A DNA stretch of 64,000 bases from Camelus dromedarius (taxonomy: Eukaryota), in NCBI RefSeq assembly GCF_036321535.1, contig NC_087437.1:51152001-51216000 (forward strand). Direction: 5' to 3'. Below the pieces are notes generated by a model. The model was given only the letters and a program-made list of their open reading frames with translations. It did not search any database and had not been told where the DNA came from. Shown here piece by piece: positions 1 to 15,409 of the stretch. Position 1 is the stretch's first letter. Every line of letters begins with the position of its first letter. The position numbers were made by a program, and so were the translations under genes.

Positions 1-679
1 TTTTGCTTCTGAAGCTGCAAGATTTCAAAGACCAGCTGCCCGAGCCATCTGCTGCTCTGTTTCTCCTGGGGAGGCCAGTCCTCCCCTGGGCCTGCCCTTC
101 TGTTCCCAAACTGAGCAGAGCCTTAGGCCTGGCAGCCCAAGCCTACTGCCCAGGGTGGCTGCAAGGGTCCCAGAGTAGGAAGCGACCAGGGCTGGGGGCT
201 CCAGCAGAGCCTGTGGCTGCTCCTGGGGCGAGGCTGCTGCTGGAGCCCAGGTGAGAGCAGGGCCTGCAGTGAGAATGAAGAAGGGACACTGAAGATAGAA
301 TTGGCATGGCCTGGTGACCACCCAGAAGATGAGGATTGGCTCTGGCTGAGGAGAGCCAATAAAATAAAAGTACAGGACTAGCTGGGTCCACTGTGCCTCC
401 CCTCACCAAGCAGATTCCACCATCATCCACCTCGTGTGAGCCTCAGCTGGACGCTGAGCCCAGACTGAGGATCCCAAAGCCTGGGTTCTCAGCCCAGCAC
501 AGCCTCAATTAAATCCCTTAACTTCTCTGGGCATCCAGTTGGGCACTTAGAAAAGTGGGAGTCAGGTCTGGCACTTTGCCTGTTAGTTCTTTATCTCACC
601 CATCCAGCAAGGAAAGAGATGACTGAGGAAGGAGCTCTTCCAGAAGTGAGTGGAGCTGGAACCTGGGCCAGGGGTGCTC

Positions 680-700
680 ACACACACACACACACACACA
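680..700. repeat. (CA)n microsatellite in MAP6D1 intron 1
   Basis: About 10 CA units. Confidence 0.9.
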
Positions 701-3580
701 GAATTCTGGAGGGGAGGCTCTGGAGGACCTGGTCAGGAGGAATGACCCAGGCTGGCAGTGGGCGGATCCACTGCCCATCTGGCCAAGCAAGTGAGGCAAG
801 TCAGTTCTCACCTGGAGACCAGGGGTCTGGTGAGGACCTGCTGGGGTGGAGAGGAGTAGCCACAAGTACTGCTATTTTTGGGTTCTTTGGATTTGTTCAT
901 TGTCTTTGCTTTGTGAATTTCTTAAATAAACAGTTTGCTTAGGTATTGTGCATCTTGCAGGAAGGCAGATGGGATGGAGTTGCTCATGCCAGTAGTAGAG
1001 CTGGGGGGTGGAGGGTCCCAGAGGTCAACTGGTGTGGTGCTGGGGGAGCCAAGTTCAGCAGTGGTCCTGCGTCTCTGCCAGGTGACCCATCTGCTTTACA
1101 GATGAGGAAAGGGTCAGAGGGGCCAAGTGACCCACCAGGTTTATACATCAGGAACTAAGAGCCCCACTGAGTTGCAACTCTTATTAGTACTTTTCCACCA
1201 CTGCAGGACACAGGTCAAGAAGCTACCTGATTCAGAGGAGGCAGCAACTTAGGGAGTGATAACCTGTTGGGGGCACAAACTTGGTCTCTGAGGCAAGACA
1301 TACTTGGGTTCCACTCTGCTTTGCATGACCCTGTGCCAGCTGCTCAAGTTCCTCACCCATAGAATGGGAACAGCAAGAACTGAACTGATTCCAGAGGGTT
1401 GTTGTAAAGTCTTGGGGAGATGATCCTTGGGAAGTCCTAAGCCTGGTGCCTGGTGCATGCTAAGCAGAGAGTAATAACTAGTACCTTTAGTATCACTGGA
1501 GCTGGGAGGATTCAGCAGGATGTTCAAACCCACCATCTGCTCAACAAGGGTGAGGGGCTGCTTTTAAAAACCCAGCCTTTGCTTGGACACTCCAGGTGAG
1601 CAGGAGCTTAGCACTGCATGAGGCTCACCCACTGCAGTCAATTCTAATTATTAGAAAGTGTTTCCTTCCCTAAGCTGAAGCTATCTCCCTGCAAGCTCTG
1701 CCCCTTGTCCACTCCTGGCACTTGGATCATCAGCCATTTGAAGCCGCTGCACACCCAGGACCTCTGGCCTTCCGGGCCCGTCACCATTCAGCCCTTCCAG
1801 CTGGTTCAGGGACCCCGTCATGCAGCAGTCAGTACTGTCCACTGCCTGGCTAGGGCCCCAGCGCTGCGGCTCAGTGCCTGCCCTGCGCCTGACATCCCCA
1901 TCTGTGTTTCTGCAGCTCAGCTTGAACACGTGTCCCTGAACACAAGACCCAGCCTGCAACAGCCCCTCCCCACTGAGTTCTTAAAACCTGCATGGCCGTC
2001 TCTGGGGAGATGAGATGTTCTACATATCTTGATTATGGTGGTGATGCCCAGGTGTATATAAAAGTCATCCAGCTATACACTTACAATGGACGAATTTTCC
2101 TGGATGGAAATTATACCTCAATACAGTTGGCTTTAAAAGTAATAAAACTGAAGGGGAAATTTCATACCTTTTGGCCCTTTAATTTTAGTATAAATGCCTA
2201 CCTGTGGAATTATGATATAAGCAAAGATTCAGCTACAAGAATGCTTATCACAGAAGTTATTTTTTAAGCACTGATTCAAAAAAGTAGAGCGAAAAGCCAC
2301 TCAGTCAGTCTCCTTCCATCCTAGCAGCATCCGTAACTCCTTCCCCTTCTTCCACTCCCTAAAGGTTACCATTTTCTCACACATCCATCCAGAGTCATGC
2401 TATGCTTATTTGAGCAGATATGTATATATTAATAACCCCTTTAAAAACACCCATAGTAGCAGACACACTGTTCTGCATCTTTTTTGACAAATACCTATGG
2501 AAGATCCTCTATTATAATCAGTACATTCTGGGCTTCCCAGTAGCCCATCCTACAGCAGAGCTATAATTAACCAGTCCCCACATCAGTAGGACAGTCAGAC
2601 TGTTTCCATTTTCTGCTGCACAGTGTTGACACATCTTATACTCCTTAGCTCCCACCCCCAAGGATACCTGTAGGGATAATTCCTGCAAGTGAAATAACTA
2701 GATCAAAGGAACAGTAAATAGCCCCAAATTAGAAATACCTTAGTCAATGATAAGAGTAGGTTAATATTTGGACATACATATCAATATACGGATAAATGTT
2801 TATTAAGAAAATACTGCACGTTCATTAAAATTGGTGCTGTAAAAGAACATCTAGTAACATCCACAATACATGGGAGAAAAAAATCGTGTATAGTAAGAAT
2901 CTAACCATGTAAGAATTATAAACGGATATGCACTCAAATGCATATTAAGGATTAGAAAGAACTACCAGTTTGGGGTAGGATTAAGGGCATACTCATTTTC
3001 TATGTTGTAATTTCCGGGTTTTTTTTTTCTTTACAGTGAGTATGTATCACTGTTACAGTAAGAGAAAGAAGGGAGAAAGCCTTCAGTTGTTCAGGGGCAG
3101 AGCCCAGGAGGGGTGTGTGGGTGGGGAGGACCCATAGACCTGTTCTCAGTGAAAGCCACATCAGTTACCCTCACTCAGTGAGATCCTGAGGGGACCACCC
3201 ACTCAGAAGCCCTGCATTTGGTCTTCACTGCCAGTGTCCCCACAGAGGGAACTCGGGCAGTTGGCCTGTGCTCACCCCTCCGATGGCTAGGTCCACTTGG
3301 TAGAAGGTAAAGGGGAAGGGAACTAAATTTTAACTCAGTCTAAGGCAGCCTTTCTGACATGATTATCCTAGAGGGGAGCGGGCTGAGTGAGGTAGTGAAC
3401 TTCCTGTCAAGGAGATGCTAGCTCACTCCCAGTCTGGTCAGGGAACAACGAAAGAGACAGGAGACGCCTGCAGTGCCAGGGACCAAAAGGGATGACCTCC
3501 GAAGCTGCCTGCACCTCTCCAAGTCGTGTGGGATGGGGGCTCCAGGAGCCTCCTCTCTCCCACCCACCCTGGACCTCTTA

Positions 3581-4560
<980 letters not shown>

Positions 4561-6330
4561 CATCGATGAGGGAATAACAGGGAAGATTTGACAGTGCTTC
4601 CCAGAGGTGTTTGAATCAGCCTTTATGATGCTCAATTTGTGACAACCCATTTAGCTTCCATTGAGAACTGGCATTAGCCTTCAATTGACATTTCCTGGGG
4701 TCTAAAATCCCTAATTTTAAAGCATGGCCACAAGACTTGATTTGGCTTTATAAAGCTTCCGGAAATCTTTGGCCGCTAGACTGTAAAAGTTCCCCCTCCT
4801 GTGCAGAGCTAAATATGGGTAATCCTTCAGGCTAAAGGTCAGTCTGTTTAATGCATAGCAGGGTATCAAACAACTCCCTGGCCACATTCAAAAAGTGTCC
4901 TGAATATCTGACACAAGCCCTCAGTATGCACTGCAGACCAATTACCAACAACACTGTTGAAACAGCATTAATACCGAGTGTTCCATCTCAGGCATACATT
5001 TGGATGCTATTCAGCCTGCACCTCACAGACGAGGACTGCAGCACAGCCCTGGCCAGTCAGAACACATTCCTCTCCCAAACCACTGCCTGTCTTAGCTCGA
5101 AGTCACAGCAAAATGACACAACAGTCCCAAAGTGGCAGCAGTTCAGGTGCCTTGGCTAGGCCATGGCCCAAGAGGCAGCAGAAGAGGGGTTGTGCATACT
5201 GTGAAGATACTGGGAGATTACACACCTGCTCAGGGTAAGCTGCCTTTGTGTGACCTCCATGCACTAGGGCCTCAGTCCAGCCACCCAGGAGGTGGTGACT
5301 GAAACACTCCATCCTGCAGGAAAAAAGAGCAGCTCTTCTAGTCTTGGTTTCTTCATTCATTAAACAACAAAGAGCTCTTAAACTAAGTACCTGGAAGAAT
5401 GTAGGGTGCCTTCAGGAGGTTTACAGCGCAGTGAAAACCAGCATAATAGAACTGCATAAAGCAACAGCAGAAAAGAGGGCCGGGGGCTGGGCTTGCTGCT
5501 TGTAGTGAGGGAGGGCAGCTGGGTTGGGTGGGAACGCAAGGTCATGGGCTAAGGGTTCAGCCAGAAGCAGCAGAGGCTGGACCCACAAAAGACCTCAGTA
5601 GTCACACTGGGAGCTTAAAAGTTTTTCATAGGCAACAACAGGAAATGACTAAAGTGTTTTTGGCACTCTGTGGCCATATGGAGAAGCACAAGGACGTTTT
5701 AGAGAGCAGCTGGAGAACAGTCTTGAGTCCAGGTTAGAGACAAGGGACTGAACTAAGGCACAGGCACTGGGAGTGGAGAGAAAGGGATGGATTCTAGACA
5801 TGAGATGAGAGAGGGAAATCTAGACTAGCCCCAGGCTGGTTGAGGGCTTGAGGCAGGAGTGATATGTGATGTGCCTGTGCAGTGGGGTCCCAGCACCTGG
5901 AACTATGCCTGACACACAGTAGACACACGTACTGAGTGAGAGATGCAGATACTCAGTGGGTCCAGCACTCAGAAGACATCCTCACAGAGACAACTGAAGC
6001 CACAGGAAGTGGAGAGACGAGACAGCTAAGGGTGTACTCCAGGGACCCCACACTTCAGAAGACAGTGGAGTGGAGGGGGCACAGGCTGAGGCACACGAGC
6101 CAGGCAAAGCCTTGGGGTGATCATGTGTCAGCAAAGAAGCCAAGATGAGAAAGTAACATAAACCCAGAGGGCAAACAGGAGAGTAGAGTCAATTGCCAAG
6201 GCTGTGGACAGTTAGGCTTGTGCTTCTGGAGCTGCAAGCTGACCTCCCAAGGCCTCTTACAGGGAAACCGGTAGGTACTTAACCTTCTAAACATTCCTTT
6301 CCTAACTATCACAAAGCAGGGAGAGGACAC

Positions 6331-6490
6331 GGGGAGAGTACAGCTCAGTGGTAGTGTGTGTGCTTAGCATGCACGAGGTCCTAGGTTCAATCCCCAGTAC
6401 CTCCATTAAACAAATAAATCAATAAACCTAATTACCTCCCCCTCAAAACAAACAAACCAAAAACCAAAAAAAAAAAAAAAAAAAGAGGTA
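6331..6490 (+). mobile_element. tRNA-Ala-derived SINE (Vic-1-like, long form)
   Basis: A-box agctcagtggtag, ttagcat anticodon-like loop, B-box ggttcaatcc, then aataaacctaattacctcccc and an A-rich tail. Confidence 0.88.
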
Positions 6491-6842
6491 AAACAAAAAA
6501 ACAAATCAAGGAGATAAGACATGTATTCACTGCCCGTTTTCCTGGTCTGCCCACAGAAGACATGTATTTCATTTTGGACTCCATGTGGAACGTCCATATG
6601 ATCTCAGCCTCCCATTCCATCTCTGAAAAACACTTCTTGTCTCATCTTTAAGTCACAGGGTTGTTAGCTTAACTACACACTCAGAAATGTCAAAGCACAG
6701 CAGTGTGACCTTGGGCAGTTCCCACACACAACCACCCAGGTTCCTTACCAGCAAAATGAAGGGCGAGTTAAAAAAAAATTCTCTCTCCTTTAAGTGGCAG
6801 TTTAGAATAGACTCCTCTGCCTCATAAGAATGACTTGTATTG

Positions 6843-6935
6843 AGGGGGTGGGTACAGCTCAGTGGTAGAGTGCGTGCTTAGCATGCACGAGGTCCTGGGT
6901 TCAATCCTTAGTACCTCCATTTAAAAAAAAAAAAA
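6843..6935 (+). mobile_element. tRNA-Ala-derived SINE (Vic-1-like, short form)
   Basis: tRNA-like head plus poly(A); flanked by aagaatgac / aagaatgat (degenerate target-site duplication). Confidence 0.88.
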
Positions 6936-7785
6936 GAATGATTGGTACTTCACAGTAGAGAAGGGTCAGGCTTGGTGGAAAAAAGAAGAACCACCACATC
7001 CTGGACAATACCATGTGCTGGGTACAAGTGCCATTCAGCTCTCAGCATCGTGAGAGGCGGCACAGCTCCCTCTTCTGGTCACAAAGCCCGGCCCTCTCCA
7101 GCACAAGGTGCAAAATCTACGATAAACTTTTGAGGTCACCAAAAGACTTAAAAGCTCTCCCATAAATCCTTTCAAGATAAACTTAAATTCTCAAGTTGCA
7201 TTTCCTAGAAATAATTTTCAATCATGAGGACAAGTGAGTTCCACTACCATGAAGCTATGATGATGACCACTGTCCGCTATTTTGTAAGATGTTTCACTCC
7301 AAAGAATGTACATTTCCCAACGTAAGATACAATTAGGCTCAGATTCAAGTCTGAATTTATCCAAGATACTTCCTTCTAATTCTTAATTTAGCTATAATTT
7401 TAACCTAGAAAGCAAAACCTAAAAATAACTTTTTGTATGTGCCACTCACTGCCAGAAAACATTACCTACCTTTCTTGGGAAAATTTAGATAATACTGCAG
7501 CTGTTATTTCAGACCATGCCAGAGAGAAGACGCTCTTAACTTTTACCTGTCAACCAAGCAAGGAAAGGGGTAAGTAAGTAAGAGTAAATATTTAGCAGAG
7601 GTGCTGAAGACCAATGTACAGACACAACCAACTCCGAGTTCCAATCCGACCTTTCCATGGGCACGCACGTCAGGTTCAGGGCTCAAACTGTGTTAAATGC
7701 AAAAGCAAATAACAACAGTCCAGGGCAGCATTAGTGCTCTTCAAAGAGACATATACCCTCTGTTTACAAACTAGAGATATAAACC

Positions 7786-7791
7786 TTTATT
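7786..7791 (-). terminator. Probable PARL polyadenylation signal AATAAA
   Basis: tttatt on + strand about 185 nt past the PARL stop codon. Confidence 0.75.
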
Positions 7792-7975
7792 TCACAACTT
7801 TGTCATAATTCACTTTCTAATGAGACATGTACTGGGGACATAGTTTAAAATACTGGGAAAGCTAGATGCTGGGTGTCTTCCAGGCAGAACAAAGATGTGG
7901 TCACTCCAGGGCCAACGAGTTCCTGGGGCTTCAGGCAGCATGGACCAGATGCACCAGTGTTGTCCAACCCCAGTT

Positions 7976-8087
7976 TTACTTAGAACCACCTCCTTTTTTG
8001 GGGCCGTTAGTCCTCATTTCATGCCAGATTTTCACTAGAGGCTCCCTGTTCTTCCAAATGAGTTCATGACCGTAAGTAATATACCAT
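7976..8087 (-). CDS. PARL: PARL exon 10, coding part with stop
   Basis: WYITYGHELIWKNREPLVKIWHEMRTNGPKKGGGSK* (TAA 7978-7976). Exon lengths sum to 1140 nt = 379 aa plus stop. Confidence 0.98.
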
Positions 8088-10800
8088 CTGGGGAAAAGAA
8101 AAACAAACCAGGTCCAACACTCAGTGTGACATACAAATGGCAAGAACCATGATGATACAAGCTGACATTTTAAAAACTGAATGCCACTGTCATTTTCTAT
8201 CTAGTGTATTAAAATAGATGATTAATTTACTATGGATCAATGACTTACCTTTAACATATAAAATACATAAAAGATGGAAGTAGGATGGGACCATGCATGA
8301 CCACTATGAAAAGTGTAAGCACTTCACACACACTACTTTTAATTCACCACAGCCCTGCAAGGTGAATATCACTTTTCCCATTTACAACCATTGAGAAAGC
8401 CAAGTCTGAGAAAGTCATCTGCCCAAGGTGCTAACAGCTCCTAAGTGGTCAGTCAAGCATTCACCTGCAGATCAGGCCAATTCTAAGCCTAGACTCTCTT
8501 TATTATTTTAAGTGTAAGGAAGGTCAGAATTAGAATTTACTAATAAGATGGGTATAAAAATTTAAATGCCTCTGTCACCTTCCACCTGGCTACACAAAAG
8601 GGAGTCCACTGATCCAAATTCTGCCCACCTATTAAAATTCAGCTCCAGTCCCCATGCTGCTGTTAAACAATGCCTGAAAGCAGCCGGAAGCAATGTGCTG
8701 AGGAAGCTGAAGCACTCAGAGGGTCAGTAACCTAACTTGCTCCGCTGCACAGCTAGGAATCACCTGACCTGAGACTAGAACCCAAATCTAACTCTGTAAC
8801 CTGTGCTCTATCCCCTGCATTGTACTTCGGCATCTAGGGAGTGTCTGCTGAAAATGAGGAACATGCAGGGAGGAAACAGATGAGAAGCTCACAGCCCAGG
8901 GTCTGCACGACCAGGCACTCTGCCTGAGGGCAGCACAGGCTGCAGGTGGAACTTGGGTATCTGCCTCCTCTCCCAGGCTGGGGGAGCATCCCTGGGGGAC
9001 AGGGGACTGATTCAGAATGGGTACTATTAAAAGCTTTTCTTACTGAAACCTTTATTTTTACCCTGGTTTCCCCAAACATGTCATGTTCCCTGAGGCAGAA
9101 ACCAGATTTTGTTGATCTTTCCATCTCAGACACCTGACTGAAAAAATGCTCTATTCAACTTACCTGGTATCAGAATTACAGTTTGTTTTAACCATTTTTT
9201 AAAATGTTCTGGGCATTTTTTTTTTTTTTTATTACAAAGGACTTGACTTGTACTTGACTTGAATCTTAATATTCACTAAATACAGTTAAAATTTAATCAT
9301 GAAAATACAGTCACCATTAAAATTTTTTAAAAATAATCAGTAAATTCACAGAAAGAAAAAAAGGCATTTAAAAAAGATTAATTAACAAGCATGTAACAAG
9401 ATTCATTTGGGCTTAGACTGAAGTTCTCCAGTGAACTTAGAACAAGAGAAAGAGGATCACCCTAAGATTCAAATGCAATTGTAAAACTCTCACAAGAAAT
9501 GAAACACTTGTCAGGAATTCTCCATTAATAAAGTGTCTTCTCAAATCTTTTTAACCTACTTATTTAAAGCAAAGAGTCAACTACTTTAATCTTACAAGTA
9601 CACTGGTTTGATTATACTCATATAAGTTCAAATATAATTGATCATCTGGTTAAATTAAAATTAGGAAACTATTTCAAAATGACTATTTTCTGAGGTTATC
9701 TTTTTTTTGGTAGCAGCCTCACAGTCTCGTGTTCAGTATGAAACTTCGGCTCTGCAATGACTTGCTGTGTGACCTTGGATGAGTTTCCATCTTTAAGGAG
9801 TTTCCTTTCAGTAAACTAGAATCTCTCACAGGATTTTAAGAGTATTAAATTAGTCCTTAGCCTAGGCACACAGCAAATATTCAATATATATTAGCAATCA
9901 CTATTGTAGTAGCAGTACAAGGTGAAGACTATAAAATTTGGTCAGGGACATAAAGTCAAGGAAATGTGCTGAGGTTACTAATGGATCTTTACCATTAGTA
10001 AAGATTCTAAATCAACATTAAAGAGGTTAGAAAAGATGAATTCTGGATATGATCAAGATCTAGTAAATGAAAGGAGCTGAAATTAGTAACAGCAAAGAGA
10101 AAGGATTCCTCTGCCTTTCAGATACTGAACTTTAAAATGCATTTGATCTGATTTTCAGAACGGAAAAAGGTCATCTAATTATAGTTGGGAAGAATAAAAA
10201 AACTGCTGGAGAAAAGATCCTTTAAGTATGCACGGAAGGAGCCAGGTAAATTTAGAGTTCATAAAACAGAGCCCCTTTTCGTAAGTCTTTATGTCTCTTA
10301 TACAGTAATACCGGGTCAGTTTCTACTATTTATAATGTGCTGCTGTTAAAGCTAGAACTCACATGCTATTCTTTAATCATCACTGAAATTATAAATGGCA
10401 TAATGGCATTTTAGTTCCACCGCCTACTGGGCAAAACTGCTCCACTTAGAATAGATTTTTCTACTTTTTTTTTGTTTAATTAAAAAGCTAAGTTTTCCCA
10501 TTGTCATGGAATAAAGTAAAAAACCAAGTAAGGACAAAAGGCAACATTTATGCAAGAAAAGACAGGTCATCAGAGACCAGCACATCAGACAACAGCTCTG
10601 CTGAAGAGACTCTCATGGTCAGATGGACTTCAGGAGTCCTAAGGAAGTTCTGTGACAGAGTCACTACTGCACTACTATGTTTTAGGCAAAAGTCCATTGC
10701 CTGAAACACAAATGGGAGATCTTGTAACCACAATGCAATTGTAATCACTATGGGGTGACGGGCTGGAAGGGTCTAGATCTGAGTTTAAATCTCTGCTCTG

Positions 10801-10912
10801 AGAGGGCGGGGGATATAGCTCAGTGGTAGAGCACATGCTTGGCATGCACGAGGTCCTGGGTTCAATCCACAGTGCCTCTGTTAAGGGGAAAAAATGAAAT
10901 AAAAATTTAAAA
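10801..10912 (+). mobile_element. tRNA-Ala-derived SINE (Vic-1-like)
   Basis: A and B boxes, A-rich tail; TSD aaatctctgctctg / aaatctttgctctg. Confidence 0.88.
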
Positions 10913-11571
10913 AATCTTTGCTCTGCTACTGAAGAGCTGTTTGGCCTGGGGAAGGTCATGTCTAAAGCCTGTTCCCATCAGTAAAACAGAGATAATAATA
11001 TAACATGAGGTAACTTGCTCAGCGCCTGCTATATAAGATGCTCAGTAAGTCATCGACATCACTTTATGATCCCTGGCTGCTACTCCAGTCACTACCTGCC
11101 CACTCACTGCAGGCAGAGGAACGACTCCACCCAGTCAGCATGTCTGCCCAGCACTGGAGAGACGGAGGTCAGAGGTAGCAGCATGGGGACTAGGAAGGGG
11201 AGAGGTGGCTTGAGAGTGGGGTAAGGAGTATAGCACAGACCAGGGGCCTGGGGAACAGACTCCAAGAAAGACAAGGAATTGTGACAGGTCAGGAGATGGG
11301 GTGACTTGAGGTTAAGGGTAGGGTAAAGGCACAGATGGTCTCTCTCTACAAATGACTGAGGCAGGGGCGGGGCCAACAGTCTCACGTCCCACCTCACATG
11401 GCAGAGCTGAGCAAGGCCAATGCAAACCATGTTAAGGTTTCCTTGCCCTCCCGACTCCACCTGCCCCTGCTCCCCTCACAGAACTAACTGCCTTACTCTG
11501 CCTTCCTCGAGGGTGCGGGGAGGGATGTGACCAGAGAAAGCACCGTAACAATCAGTTACACTCAAACTTAC

Positions 11572-11669
11572 ATTCCAAAGAGAGCTCCCCCAAGATGTGC
11601 AGCATGATCAAAAAATTTCCATCCCAGGATCATTCCTGCTGTATCCATGGCAATAATGGCTTTTAGGGC
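11572..11669 (-). CDS. PARL: PARL exon 9 (catalytic His335)
   Basis: ALKAIIAMDTAGMILGWKFFDHAAHLGGALFG(I); AHLGG motif; 98 nt; donor AT|GTAAGT. Confidence 0.98.
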
Positions 11670-11808
11670 CTGAAAAACAGCAAAAGAGAACAGAACTGGT
11701 ACAACTTTTATTTCTTCAGCATTGATACTTCTGATTTAAGAGCAAGAATTCAGTCAATGTAAAAGTATCACCACTGTCCCCAGCACTTCACTTCATAAAA
11801 ATACTCAC

Positions 11809-11910
11809 ATTCCCTGCTGTGAACGTGAACATTGGAAGGAAAATAATGGCGAGCCTCCCTTCTGGGATCTTAGTGCAGACAGCTGCAAGGACGGTCATGA
11901 TTGCGCCAGA
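11809..11910 (-). CDS. PARL: PARL exon 8 (catalytic Ser277 is the first codon)
   Basis: [34 protein letters not shown]; completes the GASG motif with exon 7; 102 nt; donor GTGAGT. Confidence 0.98.
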
Positions 11911-12934
11911 CTGCAAATGAACACACTGGTGAAAATGTGAAACTCTCAATGTGCAACTGCTCTGTGACTATAACGTCTAAAGTAGCAATACTTTTCCCAG
12001 AAAGTTTGTAAGTCACAAATTTCTAGGTGAGCACAAAGCTTAAAAACTTTCAGTTACTAATGAACAAAATATCAGGCAAAGGGGTTCCACGTCCATGACA
12101 CCTGGGAAGCACCAAACTACAAGCAGTAAGATGTACCAACCAGCATGTCAGTGCATGATGAACTTTAGGGCAGTTATGCGTGTCATGTGCATATTTCGCT
12201 TAATGACTAAAAAAGAACTTCTCAAACCTCAAAGCTCCTCCAGAAAGTGAACATGAATTTGCCCAAAGAAACCAATATGCATGGAATTTCTTCCAAGCTT
12301 AATGCTTTATCATAAATCATGTGAAATTTGCATCCTACTTCATAATAAAACTAAACATTTTCCTCAAAACCTTGACAAATGTCCTGCTCCAGGAAAGCAT
12401 GCCAAATTTACCCCATGGCTCTGCATGACCCACTCCTCATACCATCCTCCCTGGGACATACATGCATCCACCTGCTTGAGAAGCACTTCCCCCAACAACC
12501 TCGTATTCAAGAATAAAAACTGAAACCTCACAAACTTGTGACCAGTAAATCAACCATTTCTTGTTATAATTGAAATTATAACTTGTCATTTTTCTCCAAT
12601 CATGTATTTTTCCAGGTTGCTTCATAATCATAATTTAAATTGACAATGGCTATGAAATATCTCCTGGATAAATTGTGATAATTTCACTAAACTTTAATGT
12701 TAAACATGTTCCCAACTCCTCTAAATGGCAGAATACTTGAGAAATTGGATAATTCCTAGTTCACATTAAACCTCACAACAGTCATTCATTCAAATACTTC
12801 AGTCCTACCAGGCACTATGCTAGATGGGGGATACAGAGGGGAACAAAACCAATCTGCTTTAATGGAGCTTACAGAGTGGCAGAAGAGACATAAATAAGTA
12901 AAAACAACAAAACATGATCAACTGACAGGGAAGT

Positions 12935-13470
12935 ACAGCAACTGCCGAACTGTTTTCCAAAGTGGTTACAGTATTTTATTTCCCTTCCAGCAATGTGTGA
13001 GACTTCCAGTTTCTCCACATCCTCATCAACACTTGGTATGGTCAGTCTTTGTAATTTGCAATAGGTATACAGTGATATCTCAGTGTGGCTTTTATTTTCA
13101 TTTTCCTATGACTAATAATGCTGATCATCTTTTCATGCGCATATCTGCTATCTATGTATCTTCTTCAAAGTGTCTGTTCAAACCTTTTGCCCATTCTTTA
13201 ATTTTTCTTTATACAGTCTGGATACAAGTCCTTTATCAGATTTCTGATAAGCCAATTATTTTCTTTTTACCTGTATCTTTTCCCTTAACAGTGTCTTTTG
13301 AAAAGAGTAAGTTTTTATTTTACATGAAGTCTGATTTATTAGTTTGTTTTCTTAAGGATCATGCATTGTGCTCTCTCAACTATGAAATCTTTGCCTATCA
13401 CAAGGTCACAAAGAGTTTTTTCCTATGTTTTCTTTTAGAAGTTTTTATTTTGGGTTTTATATTCAAGTCT
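12935..13470 (-). mobile_element. LINE-1 fragment (ORF2 3' end)
   Basis: ttccaaagtggt...ttccagcaatgtgtgagacttccagtttctccacatcctcatcaacacttgg is the typical antisense L1 ORF2 C-terminal segment. Confidence 0.8.
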
Positions 13471-15409
13471 CGCTTCAGAAAAAAACTCCTGACCCAAATT
13501 CATCAATTTTTAAACATTTTGTCACATTTCACTTATTTTCTTTAAACATCCAAACCTTTTCTGAATCATTTGGGAGTAGGTTTCACAAATATATCAATAT
13601 AAATATATATATTTATATATCAATATAAATATAAATATATTTTTACCCCTAAAATTTCAATGTATTTATTTCCTAAGAACACGAATTTTCTTATATACCC
13701 TACAATAGAGTTCTCAATTTCAAGAAACTGTATATTCATATAACACTTTCATCTATAATAGAGAACATACTCTAGTTTTGTCAATTGTTCCACTAATGTC
13801 CTGACAGCTATCTTCTCCACGTACGGCATTTAGTTGTCATGTCTCTTAGGTCTCCTAAAAGTTGGAACATTTCCACTGCTTTTTTTTTTAAGGGTCCATT
13901 TTTATTATAGTCTTAAAAGCCTCCAACTGTAAAAGATGAAAATAAAAATCTCTACATGGGGTAAGCCAAACATTTGTCAAAAAAGCAAGTTGCAACTTAT
14001 TCAGACACATAAATATGCTTAAATTTGTGCAGATGAAAGTCACTTAGAGAAAATTTTAGGATAATGGAACTGCTTCCCACCTTTAAAGTAACCTAAGTAC
14101 AATAAGTTATAGTTACAAAGAAATTGGCTTTACGTAGAAATGCACTAATGAGAATTTTCTCTAATATTTAAATTTCTGTAACAAGCACTTTAGATGGAGA
14201 ATATAATCATCTACGGAGAAGTAATTTAGAGGGTCCTGACAGGATTTTAGTGCTCTCCTTTCACACCAACTAACCAAATTATATTTGTTTCATCTTGGGG
14301 AAAAGGGTAATTTTATAGGCTATTTTTTCTCTCAGAAAATAGGGCTTTAACTTGATTTCTTCTGGGTTTTGCTGAGTTGACTTTAGGTTTTATTTTAAAA
14401 TTGAAGATAGAAAAGTTGCACATATATACTATAAAGCCTGAAAGGTGTTGGGTTACTCTCTACCTTTCGAATTCTCCTTAACACTGACATCTACTCTGCT
14501 TAATATAGCATATGCTGAAAGATTCTGGGGGCAGATGTTGAAGTTCTAGCCAAAACAAATCTTTCAGAATAAACATAAATTTGGGCAGTTAACATACTGC
14601 ATCCTAGCACAACCACGACCTGGCAAGTTTTGTGGGGGAATCCCATCTTCTGAGGTGGTTCTGATATCCTTGAGAGTTGCTGTTATCTATTTAGGACATG
14701 GAGTGGGGAACCAGCGAAAGGGTGAACAATTATGGAGGCTGTGTATGCGCATGTGCGTGTCTTCACACAGGCAGCCATTGTCCTGTAAAGGGAAGTCGGG
14801 ATTTGTGAAGAACCCCCTGTGTTACTGTTACAGACTTGCACAGAAGCCAGTTTGGTCAATATACAATAGCAGACAGTTGATCTTAAATAGAAAATAAAGA
14901 ATTCTGACTCCTAATCCCACTGTAGAATTGACAGGTATCACCAACACCCAGCCCATCCCCTTTAATATGTAGTTGACTGTGTTTCCTTGTTCTTTCACTT
15001 CTGTAGACTAAGCACTGGGTTGTCTTTGTCCACTGACCTGAACTCACATCTTAGGTTCTCCTTCGGAGGGATATTCATGCTGTCCTTCCATCTTGTAGCT
15101 ACCCCAGCACATTCCTAAGGATGCAACCTGAGCTGGTTTCCCTGTTTAGGCTGACTGGCAACTATATACTAAGGGCAGGGGACATCTGGGATCCCTGGGA
15201 CTCACAATACTTTAAAGTATTAGTAATCCCTAAAAACATAAGATAATCCTTTATTCTGAAGCAACTCTTCACATAGAAGATGCTAAACAGTTAGTGATTA
15301 AGAGGCAGATGCTGTTTTCCAGAAAGTCTCTTAATATGAAAAAGTAAGGACCTTTCAACTATAACAGTAATCGATTAGTCCATTATAGGAGCCCCTTTTA
15401 GAAATCATT

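Noticed and set aside
6843..6920. tRNA-Ala(AGC)-like gene (also the six other copies)
   Set aside because: Poly(A) tails, target-site duplications, mismatched stems and many dispersed copies mark them as SINEs, not functional tRNAs.
12997..13545. 182-aa plus-strand ORF
   Set aside because: Antisense reading of a decayed L1 fragment.
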